A stretch of 64,000 nt of DNA. Source: Verrucomicrobiia bacterium (GTDB lineage Bacteria; Verrucomicrobiota; Verrucomicrobiia; Limisphaerales; UBA11358). Positions 36,184 to 45,602 of this stretch are shown in pieces. The stretch covers positions 4,353 to 68,352 of the forward strand of contig DATLVR010000119.1 of NCBI GenBank assembly GCA_035577265.1, read 5' to 3'. Numbering within the stretch: the stretch's first letter is position 1; every line of letters starts with the position of its first letter. The notes under the pieces were generated by a model that was not told where the DNA came from, ran no database searches, and saw only the letters and a list, made by a program, of their open reading frames with translations. Position numbers and translations under genes: made by a program.

Positions 36184-36858
36184 ATGAAGAAACCACATCG
36201 CATTACGGGATTGGCCGCGGGAGCTGTCACCCTGCTGTTGCTGACAACTGTAGCCGGGCTTACGGGCTGTCTTTCCAAGCCGGCCTTGAACAAACAGACC
36301 TTTGCGTTCAACGTTCCACCGGCAGCGAACACAAACCATTTCGACAATCATTGCATCCTTGGAATAAGAAAGTTGCAAATCGCCGCGCCTTTTGAAGGAC
36401 GATCCCTTGTCTATCGCACCGGAGAATTTTCCTACGAACGCGATCCTTATGCGGAATTTTTGGAAGCGCCTGGTGATGAGCTGCTCCCGGTTATGAGCGA
36501 GTGGTTGCGTCGATCCGGAAACTTCGACGCAGTGGTCGCAGCCGGCAGCGCGCTCAAGCCAGATCTGCTCGTTGAAATCACGGTCAGCCAGTTATTCGGC
36601 GACTTCCGCCAACCAAAACATCCCGCTGCCAGCATTGCCGTTCGATTTGTTTTTTTGGAAGCAACGAATGGCATTCCAGGAAGGCCGGTGTTTAATAAGG
36701 ATTATACACAGAGCATCCCGCTGAGGGGGCCGACTGCCGACGCATTGATGGCAGGGTGGAATGAAGCGTTAGCCAATATCGCGGCTGAAGTTTCGTCCGA
36801 TCTTGGCGGCATAAAAACTGCACAAAGCATAAACGGTGCTGGTATTCAGCCGCAGTGA
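36184..36858 (+). CDS. ABC-transport auxiliary lipoprotein (PqiC/ABC_trans_aux-like)
   Basis: The lipobox reads LLTTVAGLTGC. The protein is 224 aa and sits immediately after the MCE gene. LVYRTGEFSYERDPYAEFLEAPGDEL is typical of this family. Confidence 0.7.
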   Translation: MKKPHRITGLAAGAVTLLLLTTVAGLTGCLSKPALNKQTFAFNVPPAANTNHFDNHCILGIRKLQIAAPFEGRSLVYRTGEFSYERDPYAEFLEAPGDELLPVMSEWLRRSGNFDAVVAAGSALKPDLLVEITVSQLFGDFRQPKHPAASIAVRFVFLEATNGIPGRPVFNKDYTQSIPLRGPTADALMAGWNEALANIAAEVSSDLGGIKTAQSINGAGIQPQ

Positions 36859-36899
36859 CTTTTAAATCCCGGCACTCAATAGTACTTCTTGATTTTTCT

Positions 36900-36949
36900 C
36901 CACAATGGCATTGTGGGGGTCGAGAGTTCGAGCCTCTCAGGCTCCACCA
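36900..36949 (+). pseudogene. 3' half of a tRNA-Ala(GGC)-like gene (anticodon arm to CCA); 5' half not present
   Basis: The anticodon arm is CCACA-ATGGCAT-TGTGG (U33, GGC, A37). GGGTC forms the variable loop. GAGAG-TTCGAGC-CTCTC forms a perfect T-arm. AGGCTCC-A-CCA forms the acceptor end, with a T at the position that would pair with G3. No complementary 5' acceptor strand or D-arm lies in the 41 nt after the upstream stop codon. Confidence 0.6.
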
Positions 36950-36998
36950 TTCTAAACCGCCCGTCATGTTGATTCAGTTCAATGTTGGCGGCATTTTG
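36939..36998. repeat. Direct repeat copy B (partner of 27908..27968)
   Basis: Copy B reads AGGCTCCACCATTCTAAACCGCCCGTCATGTTGATTCAGTTCAATGTTGGCGGCATTTTG. Confidence 0.85.
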
Positions 36999-37327
36999 TT
37001 TAATAAGTGAGTGTGGTTTGACGGATGCGATAACAGGTCGCCGACTTCAAATTCAGAACTCGGATGCTTGGCGACTGGATGAAGCCCAGCCCGCCACGTT
37101 CTATCAGGATGCCGTCAACCGTGCTGCCACTGTAACTGACGAAGATCGTCGGCACCGGGTATTTGCATGGCAAACGTATTCTAGAAACCGTCCGTGACGG
37201 AATAATTTCCGCCGGTCATCGCGAGGTTGGCATCGGGCCGTCCGAGATGATGATTTGTTAACTTTCATACGTCAATTAAACCCGCGCTGGCCTTAAAGCC
37301 AGTTATGCTTATAGGGAAAATGCTTTG

Positions 37328-37516
37328 TCAGTTATGAACAGTGCCATGTGCGGCAAGCCATTTGAGATCCTGCTGTGATGCATTATAGGGAGTTTGGCAA
37401 TTTAGAAATGCATCAAACCATTTATGAAGTTCGCAATGACCGTCAGCGAACGAAAAGGAACTGGAATTGCCGTTCTTGTCAAACAGTTCACGAGCCATGA
37501 CGCCTCCCCACGCCAA
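37328..37516 (-). pseudogene. C-terminal fragment of a DUF1559 / H-X9-DG prepilin-like protein gene
   Basis: FSFADGHCELHKWFD...DLKWLAAHG parallels [15 protein letters not shown]...[10 protein letters not shown] of the intact paralogue at 51116..52042. No N-terminal methylation motif or body is present. Confidence 0.6.
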
Positions 37517-37635
37517 GCCGGAAGATTTTCAACCTACCCGTTTTCGGGGATGTTCAAATTCCTGTCCTCATTTAGTCTGGCATGTCTCGGTGGAGTTTCA
37601 CAACGGCATAATATTTTTAAAAGCAAGTGAGCAGC

Positions 37636-38994
37636 ATGCAGCAAGCGTTACATTTTCACATTCGCGCAACGGCAATATTGGTTCTTACATTGATTGTTTA
37701 TGCCCCCCATGAAGCCGCCGGGCAAAATGCCGGGATTGTCTCGCCGTATAAAGGCCCGACGGTCAAAGGGGTTGATACCACCACGCTGGATGGCAAAGTC
37801 ATGTGCGGTTATCAGGGCTGGTTTGGCGCACCCGGCGATGGCAGCCCGAAATCCGGCTGGCGGCACTGGACAAAACATCAGGGTCCGCTCGCCGATGACA
37901 ATGCCAAGATTGACTTATGGCCGGATGTCTCGGAGTTGACTCCCACCGAACGGTTCACCACCGGCTTCAAACTGCCCGACGGCAGTCCGGCGGAAGTCTT
38001 CAGTTCCTATAAAAAGCCGACGGTGTTGCGCCATTTTCAGTGGATGCAGGATTACGGCATTGATGGTGTCTTCGTTCAGCGGTTCGCCAACAGTGTGCGG
38101 ACCGCGCGCAATCTGGATTATTGCAATACGGTTCTGGCCAATTGCCGCGAAGGGGCCAATCTTCATGGCCGGGCGTATGCGGTCATGTATGATTTAAGCG
38201 GGCTGCCCGCCGGCCACATCGAAGACGTGATGAATGACTGGCGCGCGTTGCGCAAGAAAATGGCCATCACGGAAGATGCCGCCTATCTGCATCATCACGG
38301 CAAGCCGGTGGTGGCGGTTTGGGGAATCGGGTTCAGTGATGGACGTAAATATACCCTGGAGGAATGTCGCCGGCTGATTGAATTTTTAAAGCACGATCCT
38401 GAAGCCGGCGGCTGCACGGTCATGGTTGGCGTCCCCGCCCATTGGCGCGAATTGAATCGCGACGCCATCAGCGATCCCAAATTACTTGAGGTGCTTAAAC
38501 TGGCTGATGTGATCAGCCCTTGGACGGTCGGGCGCTACACCAGCCTTGACGGGGCCAAGAATTACGCCGAGAAACAGCTCAAGCCGGATTTAGACTGGTG
38601 CCGCCAACAGAGGATTGATTATCTGCCCGTGGTTTTCCCAGGGTTCAGTTGGTATAACATGTATGGCGAAGCCTACAACCTGATCCCACGACTGGGCGGC
38701 CAATTTTTATGGTCGCAATTCCTGGGAGCAAAACAGGCCGGCGCTTCGATGGTTTACGTGGCCATGTTTGATGAAGTGGACGAAGGCACGGCCATCTTCA
38801 AATGCGCCAACACCGTGCCCGTCGGAGAAAAATCCAGGTTCCTAAATTTTGACGGCCTGCCGAGTGATTACTATCTCAAAATGGTTGGCGCCGGTGCGAA
38901 ATTGATCGGCCGCGAACCGCTGAAGCAAGCCATGTCAAAGAGCCCCGCCTTCACAAATCAAAGCAATGGCGCCGCCCGGTTGAACATGCCTTGA
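37636..38994 (+). CDS. Secreted putative glycoside hydrolase (TIM-barrel, GH99-like motif; family not assigned)
   Basis: The signal peptide reads MQQALHFHIRATAILVLTLIVYAPHEAAG. VMCGYQGWFGAPGDG is present, and YVAMFDEVDEGTAIFK resembles the NEWHEGT block of GH99-type folds. The family call is tentative. Confidence 0.5.
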   Translation: MQQALHFHIRATAILVLTLIVYAPHEAAGQNAGIVSPYKGPTVKGVDTTTLDGKVMCGYQGWFGAPGDGSPKSGWRHWTKHQGPLADDNAKIDLWPDVSELTPTERFTTGFKLPDGSPAEVFSSYKKPTVLRHFQWMQDYGIDGVFVQRFANSVRTARNLDYCNTVLANCREGANLHGRAYAVMYDLSGLPAGHIEDVMNDWRALRKKMAITEDAAYLHHHGKPVVAVWGIGFSDGRKYTLEECRRLIEFLKHDPEAGGCTVMVGVPAHWRELNRDAISDPKLLEVLKLADVISPWTVGRYTSLDGAKNYAEKQLKPDLDWCRQQRIDYLPVVFPGFSWYNMYGEAYNLIPRLGGQFLWSQFLGAKQAGASMVYVAMFDEVDEGTAIFKCANTVPVGEKSRFLNFDGLPSDYYLKMVGAGAKLIGREPLKQAMSKSPAFTNQSNGAARLNMP

Positions 38995-39072
38995 AATTTT
39001 CGGCCGATGTTCGAAAGCGGGCGGCCATTCCGGGCATCACCATCCAGAAAGGCGAACGCAGCCCGCATAATC

Positions 39073-39699
39073 TTACTCCGTCCGATGCTTGGCGACCGCT
39101 TCAACCCGGCTGCGCACATGCATCTTCTGGCAGATGTTTTTGGCGTGCGTGCGCACGGTTTCGGAAGCGATGTTCAGCTTGTCGCCAATCTCCTTGTAAA
39201 TGAAACCTTCTGAAAGCAGATCCAGCACTTCCCGCTCGCGCCGCGTCAGATTTTCCGTCTCGCTGTTGGACGGCCCGAGCAGATGGAAATGTTTCACCAC
39301 CTTCCGCGCGATATGCGTGGACAAGGCCGAACCGCCGTTATGGACGTCACGGATCGAGGCGATCAACTGTTCCGGCGGGCAGGATTTGACCAAATACCCG
39401 CTTGCCCCGGCCTTGAGCGCGCGAAAGATCCGTTCACTGTCCTCATAGACCGTGACCATGATGATTTGCATGTCCGGCAGAACTTTTTTTATTTCCGCCA
39501 CACATTGGATGCCAGACATGCCCGGCAACCGGATGTCCATCAGCACAACATCCGGCTTCTTTTCCAGGATCTTTGGCAGCGCCTCTTCGCCCGAGGCATA
39601 AACCGCAAGGCATTTTATATCCGGCGCGGTGGCGAGGGTTCGCACCAGCTCTTCCCGCAACCCCCGGTCATCTTCAACCACAATCACGTTTTTCTTCAT
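39073..39699 (-). CDS. NarL/LuxR-family response regulator
   Basis: The receiver domain reads VIVVEDD...VVLMDIRLPGMSG. The LuxR HTH reads LTRREREVLDLLSEGFIYKEIGDKLNIASETVRTHAKNI. Confidence 0.9.
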   Translation of the reverse strand: MKKNVIVVEDDRGLREELVRTLATAPDIKCLAVYASGEEALPKILEKKPDVVLMDIRLPGMSGIQCVAEIKKVLPDMQIIMVTVYEDSERIFRALKAGASGYLVKSCPPEQLIASIRDVHNGGSALSTHIARKVVKHFHLLGPSNSETENLTRREREVLDLLSEGFIYKEIGDKLNIASETVRTHAKNICQKMHVRSRVEAVAKHRTE

Positions 39700-39755
39700 A
39701 AGCTTAAAGTGTCAGCCCCATGCGCCCCAGCACCGCCGGTCAGGGGTTGCGACGA

Positions 39756-41459
39756 TTATTTTGCCTGGCCTTCCCCGGGCAATTTGAGGTTCACATTCAT
39801 CTGGATCGCGGACCCCTTGCCCGGCTGGCTTTCAATGGAACAGGTGCCGCCAATGTCGCTCAAGCGCTGCTTCATGTTGACCAGCCCATGCCCAGCCAGG
39901 CTGTTCTGCGGATTGAAGCCGCAGCCGTCATCGCGAACGGTTATGGCCAGCAAACCTTTGATGAAGTCGATGGTGATGGTGACTTCCGTGGCCCTGGCAT
40001 GTTTAATGACGTTATGCACCGCCTCCTGCACCGCCATGCTGATGTTATGACGGGTCTGGCTGGAAACTTGAACATCCCGCGGCAAATCCACCACGTAGAA
40101 GCGGCAACGAAACTGCGCCTGGTCACACAGCTGATTGACGATCTGGCAGAGATAATTTCCCAGTTCGTCAAGGTTGTCATTTTCTGGATCCACGGTCCAA
40201 ACCGTCTCATACAATGCGGACACCAATTCCCGCGACATTTTTGAAATCCGGTCAAACTCATCACGCGCCTGTTCGGGAAAATGATGGTTTTCGTGCGCCC
40301 TCGAACTCACCATGGAAATCTGGGTCACGCGCGCGCCCAAACCATCATGAATATCATGGGCAATGCGCAACCGCTCCCGTTCCAAAGCCTGCTGGCTTTT
40401 GAGGAGTGCGAATTCACGACGCATCCGGTTCCAGAGGACATAACGTGAAAATCCAAATACCAGCAAGAAGGCCGTGATGACCACCAGGCACCAAAACCAT
40501 GGGAGCCGCCATAATGGCGGTGTCACAATGACCGCCAGCGAGTTTTCCAAACCGGTCGGCCGGCCCATGGTGTCCACGCCGATAATTCGAAAGCGAAAAT
40601 TTCCGGTGGGGAGATTCTGGTAGGCAACGGAACGGAAATCACCCAGCCCGATGCTATACATTTCGTTCCATTCAACCACCAGTTGCTCGCCGGGGCTGAC
40701 GGACGGTGCCGTCTCTTTTACATTCCGCCATTCGGCATGGGCCACGACATTCTCGTCCAGGATCGCAAACGCGGTCGTTTCCAGATCCGGGCCGACCCGC
40801 ACAATTTTCGCCATGCTCAGACTCGTCCCATCCCGGGTCCATCCCGGCACCTGTTGATTGGACCCCGTTCCCAAGAGCTTATCAAAACGCGGTTGAAGCA
40901 AGGTGACCGGGACGGAATTGCTCGATAGTTTTGCGACAGACAAATTAGCCACGACATAAGTTCCCAGTGTGGCCGGCGGCCCCGCTGAGGTGATAAAGAC
41001 CCAGACTTTGGAGGCCAGGGCCGGCACCACCAGGGTTTCCCGTCGATGCTTGAAAGGAGACGATTCAAATGAGCCGGTCCAACCCGGACTCTCGCCACCC
41101 ACCGGAAACGTGGTGTGGCTGATCTGGTCGCCCGCCTCATTAAAAAAACGCATGTCCAACCACATCTCCCCGTTGCCGACCCGCCACGCATTGTCATATC
41201 CATCCAGCCTGGCCTGGATTCTGACCGGCGCTTGCCGGATGTTGGTATTGACCCCAAACCCAAAGGCAACATTGCGCGGGAAAGCCCCAAGTTTCACTTC
41301 CGACCCACGATGCAGCGGCAAAGACTTGCCGTCCACCGTCACCGACAGAATCTCAAGCGCATTGCCTGAACTGTTCAAAGCTGCCTGCTGCGCAAATAAA
41401 GAAACTGAGACCCCGGCCGTCAGGATAAACAAGGACAAAAGACCTGTGTTTTTTTTCAT
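39756..41459 (-). CDS. Sensor histidine kinase (HisKA_3/NarX-LiaS type) with large periplasmic sensor domain
   Basis: A signal/TM segment and a periplasmic region of about 300 aa come first, followed by a second TM segment. The H-box reads RLRIAHDIHDGLGARVTQI. The ATPase domain reads HNVIKHARATEVTITI...DDGCGF...GHGLVNMKQRL. Confidence 0.85.
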   Translation of the reverse strand: MKKNTGLLSLFILTAGVSVSLFAQQAALNSSGNALEILSVTVDGKSLPLHRGSEVKLGAFPRNVAFGFGVNTNIRQAPVRIQARLDGYDNAWRVGNGEMWLDMRFFNEAGDQISHTTFPVGGESPGWTGSFESSPFKHRRETLVVPALASKVWVFITSAGPPATLGTYVVANLSVAKLSSNSVPVTLLQPRFDKLLGTGSNQQVPGWTRDGTSLSMAKIVRVGPDLETTAFAILDENVVAHAEWRNVKETAPSVSPGEQLVVEWNEMYSIGLGDFRSVAYQNLPTGNFRFRIIGVDTMGRPTGLENSLAVIVTPPLWRLPWFWCLVVITAFLLVFGFSRYVLWNRMRREFALLKSQQALERERLRIAHDIHDGLGARVTQISMVSSRAHENHHFPEQARDEFDRISKMSRELVSALYETVWTVDPENDNLDELGNYLCQIVNQLCDQAQFRCRFYVVDLPRDVQVSSQTRHNISMAVQEAVHNVIKHARATEVTITIDFIKGLLAITVRDDGCGFNPQNSLAGHGLVNMKQRLSDIGGTCSIESQPGKGSAIQMNVNLKLPGEGQAK

Positions 41460-41568
41460 GGCGCTGTCAGTATTGATAAACCTATTCGTTCATGTTCTGA
41501 TGGCCAAGCTTTGTTTAGAGAAAGTTGTTTCGGCATTTGTTTCCCGCATTCGTGACGAAGTGAACAGC

Positions 41569-44508
41569 TCATTGGTTGGGACCATTGAGCAACAAATTAT
41601 GCTCCCCATCGAGCCGGCGTTCTTCCCGCCCGGAGCTTGCGATGGTTTTCACTCCCATGTTCTGCAAAAGCGTCCGCCAATAATCAAGGTAAGCCTTGCC
41701 TTGCGGAACATAATCCGCCGCGCTGATCACAATCGCACCTTCACCCTGCTTCATAACCACCAATGCCGCTCCCGCAGGTTTGATCAAATGCTCATAGAGC
41801 ACGGCGGCGGCACACTTGGCGTCTTCCGGCATGTTATTGAACTGCGACCAGTCCGTGTTGCTGGCTTTTAACACAACGGTTCCTTGGCGCACAAATTCTC
41901 CGTCGAGTCCGCATTTGAGGATGAATTGGTCCTGCTTGTCCTCGGCAAAATAAAGTTCCGCCAGGGAGAACGCCGCGTTCCAAGGATGATCCACACCGCG
42001 CTCCATCGCCGTGGCTTCGCGCGGCGAGAGCGCAACGGGAACGTGCAGCAGGCGGTTCACCGGCGCAACATCAGCGGTTGGATGACGGAAACAAATCAAG
42101 ACCCGCCCGCCACGCGCAAGCAGAGCATTGAATTCCGGCCTGATCCTGTCCGCCATGCCCGTCGTGATTGTTTCGCCGTCCACGATGAACATTTGCGCCT
42201 CGCTCCAGTTCGTCGTGAAGGGAACGCCAGCGCTTGCCATCGCAGTAAATAACTTCCCCGCGCGATCACCGACGAATCCGACCGACTTGATAAATGCTTC
42301 ATTGGTCGCCGCCGGACGCGATTTTACCTGTGCATGATCCCAAAGTGAAGCTTGCGGCCCGCCCTTGGCCAGCGCCGCTTTCATCGCGTCAAACATGGCC
42401 AGCGGTTTATAGAGCGGCAAAGTGGGATCCCATCCGGGGTCGAACGTGGTGCAGTAAGGGGGAATTCGCTCGGGCTGCATGCCTGGCTTGCCTTCCTCAA
42501 AAGGCTTGAAGAAAACACCATCGTTCAGTGTCGGCAAACGGGTAAAATCGCCATACCCCAGCGGCAAATGTTCCAAACCAAACCAAGCCAATTCACTCGC
42601 CGAGTAGTAAGCCAGCTGCGGCTGGGCCATCTGCACGATGTTTTGATAAACATCCATCGCCAGGGCTTCATTGCGACCAGCGTAACTTTCGTAGGCGCGT
42701 TCACCGTTGAACACTGCCAACTGTGATGGCCGGGCATAATACGTCCCGCCCGACTCACCAATCATCAGCGGCTTGTTCAGAGTATTCGTCGGCAGCCGGT
42801 TCAATTGCAGGCCATGTCCAAAATGTTTCGACCAGACCGGCAACGTGCCGTGCAAATCTTCATCGCCATCGCACGAAATCCAATCACGCGTAGGATCCAA
42901 CTTGAAGCCGCGCCGGCCAAGTTCCGTCAGCTGCGCATAATATTTATCGCGGTCGGCCTGGGTCATTTTGTTGTAATCGAAGATGGCAAACAGCTCATTA
43001 CCGAAACTCCAGCCAAAGACGGACGCATGATTCCGGTCCCGCAGAACCATGGCGTCATAGTGCTCCGCGAACCGCTGCCAGGACACCGGCTCGGTGAAGT
43101 TGAGCCGGAGCGAGCTGCCGAATAATCCATCCTCAGCCAGCACGACCAGGCCCATCTCGTCCGCCAGATCCTGATAATAAGACGGCCAGGGCTGGGCATG
43201 CAGGCGGACGCCATTGCCGCCGACGTCTTTGATCATCGTGAACCACGCCCACGCATTGCGACGTGAATGAACCACCACTCCAAAGGGATGCAGGATGTCG
43301 GCAACCACCTGAAATTTTTTACCGTTCAACAGCAGATCGCCACCTTGGATTTTGAATTGTCGCCAGCCGAATCGCTGGGAATGGACATCCACGACCTGAT
43401 CATTCTGCGAGACCTTCAGCACCGCCGCATAAAGATTGGGATCATCCGGCGACCACAACTTTAGTCTGCCATGCGTTGCCGTTTTCAACACGACCACGAC
43501 ATTGGTGCGCGGCGCAATCCCGATTTTTTGCGCCGGCACCGTCAGCACGTTTTTACCCAAATGCCATTTGGGTTCCGGCGCACTCGAGATATTCGTCCCC
43601 GCAGCATTGATCCAAGGAACCGTTATGCTGGAAATTGTCACTTCTTGGGTTTTATCCGTGTCGTTTTGCACGGTGGTTTCAATCTCCAGTTCATCCCGGT
43701 CCACCCACGGTTGCACGAACGCATCTGCGATCCGGACCGCTGGCACCGCCACCAGATAGACGTCCTGCCAAATGCCCACGATGCCATCCAAGTTAGAGCC
43801 GTCGGCGTAGGTGGCGCTTTCACGGGTGTAAACAGCATTGGTCTGGTCATACAGCCGGGGATGGCGCACGCCCACGAGCAGTTCATTCTCCGAATTACGA
43901 TGGATCAAAGCGGTGATATCCAAATCAAACGGCAAAAAATTATCGAAGTGTTCACCCGCGAGCTTGCCATTCACGAGCACCTGACAACCGCCCGCCACCG
44001 CCTCGAAATGCAGTAACACACGTTTGTCTGCCCAATCACCCGGCACCCGGAAGCTTCGCTTCAGCCAGCCCATTTGCACACCATCCCAGGCAGCAGGATA
44101 ACTCGGAAAACAAACCGAATCCGGCCAGTAAGCATGTTCGCTGCCCGCACCAACACGGCGACCGCGACCATAGGTGTTGACGTTCCAAGGTGACGGAATT
44201 CTGATGGGAGTTGATTCCCAAACATTCCCCGGCGGCGGCAACTCCGGTGGCACCCCTTGATTGCGCTGCCATCCTGTCGGCAACTTCAACGGTTGAAATT
44301 GCCAGCTTCCGTTCAAACACAGTTCCCGCCGATACGGTTGTTCGACCGGCTTTACATAGCTGTCGAGCGCGGCGAAATCGCGCGTGAATTGAACCGCCCC
44401 GGCTGTCGCCGGGGCCTGCAGCGCAAGCAAGAGCAAAATCGCCGGAAGAAACAGCTTTCCCTTTGGGAGCGAACTGGAGCAGATCAGATTTATCAGTTTG
44501 GAAATCAT
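41569..44508 (-). CDS. Glycoside hydrolase family 2 protein (beta-galactosidase/mannosidase/glucuronidase-like)
   Basis: A signal peptide follows MISKLINL. The sugar-binding domain reads LNGSWQF...WADKRVLLHFEAVAGGCQVLVNGKLAGEHFDNFLPFDLDIT. The catalytic barrel reads NGVRLHAQPW...RDRNHASVFGWSFGNE. Confidence 0.85.
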   Translation of the reverse strand: MISKLINLICSSSLPKGKLFLPAILLLLALQAPATAGAVQFTRDFAALDSYVKPVEQPYRRELCLNGSWQFQPLKLPTGWQRNQGVPPELPPPGNVWESTPIRIPSPWNVNTYGRGRRVGAGSEHAYWPDSVCFPSYPAAWDGVQMGWLKRSFRVPGDWADKRVLLHFEAVAGGCQVLVNGKLAGEHFDNFLPFDLDITALIHRNSENELLVGVRHPRLYDQTNAVYTRESATYADGSNLDGIVGIWQDVYLVAVPAVRIADAFVQPWVDRDELEIETTVQNDTDKTQEVTISSITVPWINAAGTNISSAPEPKWHLGKNVLTVPAQKIGIAPRTNVVVVLKTATHGRLKLWSPDDPNLYAAVLKVSQNDQVVDVHSQRFGWRQFKIQGGDLLLNGKKFQVVADILHPFGVVVHSRRNAWAWFTMIKDVGGNGVRLHAQPWPSYYQDLADEMGLVVLAEDGLFGSSLRLNFTEPVSWQRFAEHYDAMVLRDRNHASVFGWSFGNELFAIFDYNKMTQADRDKYYAQLTELGRRGFKLDPTRDWISCDGDEDLHGTLPVWSKHFGHGLQLNRLPTNTLNKPLMIGESGGTYYARPSQLAVFNGERAYESYAGRNEALAMDVYQNIVQMAQPQLAYYSASELAWFGLEHLPLGYGDFTRLPTLNDGVFFKPFEEGKPGMQPERIPPYCTTFDPGWDPTLPLYKPLAMFDAMKAALAKGGPQASLWDHAQVKSRPAATNEAFIKSVGFVGDRAGKLFTAMASAGVPFTTNWSEAQMFIVDGETITTGMADRIRPEFNALLARGGRVLICFRHPTADVAPVNRLLHVPVALSPREATAMERGVDHPWNAAFSLAELYFAEDKQDQFILKCGLDGEFVRQGTVVLKASNTDWSQFNNMPEDAKCAAAVLYEHLIKPAGAALVVMKQGEGAIVISAADYVPQGKAYLDYWRTLLQNMGVKTIASSGREERRLDGEHNLLLNGPNQ

Positions 44509-44589
44509 TCGTTGCGATTCGGGTCCAAGCAAAACATTAATTTTAATCCGATCCAATCCATATACCCGTAAACGGGTATTCTGGAACAT

Positions 44590-45365
44590 TCCATCTCAAA
44601 ACTGCTGCCATCGCCAACGAAGCTCCCTTGCGTTCGGTCGCATTTGATCTGGGTAAAGTCGGCAAGCGGCCGGTTTCGCGCTGGCTGGTGCTGGCCGACG
44701 ACGAGATTTTTTCCGCACAATATTTTGGCAAGAACCTAAAAGGCTATTGGGAAAAACGGCGCGGAAATCGGCGACCTGCTCCAGCAATCCGCCGGGGAAT
44801 ATGCCGAGCTGTGTCGGCGCTGCGAAAAATTTGATCGCGAGTTGATGACCGATTTGGAAAAAGTCGGCGGACGCAAGTATGCCGAGATTTGCGCGCTCGC
44901 TTATCGGCAATCCTTCGCGGCGAGCAAGGTGGTTGCGGACGACAATGACCAGCCGCTTTTCTTCTGCAAAGAGGAAACCAGCAACGGCTGCATGGGAACG
45001 GTGGACGTCTTCTATCCGCAAGCCCCCTACCCTTGCTGGTCAGTCCTTCACTTTCAAAGGCCATGCTGATTCCGATCCTGGAATATGCCAGTTCGCCGCG
45101 CTGGAACTGGCCCGGCGCGCCGCACGATGTCGGCACCTGGCCGCTGGCGAACGGGCAGGTTTATGGCGGCTCCAAAAGCGACGGTGGCATGCCCGTGGAA
45201 GAAACCGGCAACATGTTGCTGCTCGTTGCCGCCGTCGCCCAAGTTGAAGGCAATGCCGACTTCGCCGCTAAATACTGGCCGACGCTGACCAAATGGGCCG
45301 AATATCTCCAAGCTTACGGACGCGATCCCGAAAACCAATTGTGCACGGATGATTTTGCGGTCACG
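44590..45365 (+). pseudogene. Frameshifted, 5'- and 3'-truncated glutaminase-like (DUF4965/DUF1793 family) gene
   Basis: The homology is spread over three frames: FDLGKVGKRPVSRWLVLADDEIFSAQYFGKNLKGYW / GGRKYAEICALAYRQSFAASKVV...FFCKEETSNGCMGTVDVFYPQAP / MLIPILEYASSPRWNWPGAPHDVGTWPLANGQVYGG...MPVEETGNMLLL...YWPTLTKWAEYL...QLCTDDFA. Confidence 0.7.
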
Positions 45366-45602
45366 CGCCGTCAGTTTGATGGGCTCAAGTATGGAAGCAC
45401 GCTTAAAGCGTGTAAGGCGGGACAATTGGCGGGATCCAGGGGGAGAACCTGCTCCACCGTTTAAAACAACCGAATCAGTCAGCAGGAAAATCCGCGCCGC
45501 CGGAATTGCCAAGATTGGCGCGGCGGCCAAAGCCAGTTGGGCGAAAGTCAGGGCCGCTGGCAAAAAAGCATTGTCAGCCAACTTCGACCAAGAGCCGTCC
45601 GA

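Noticed and set aside
41445-41459. A run of eight A residues (ATGAAAAAAAAC on the minus strand) at the histidine-kinase start could be a slipped-strand phase-variation tract.
   Set aside because: The tract is short and encodes an ordinary MKKN signal-peptide start. There is no evidence of length variation from a single sequence.
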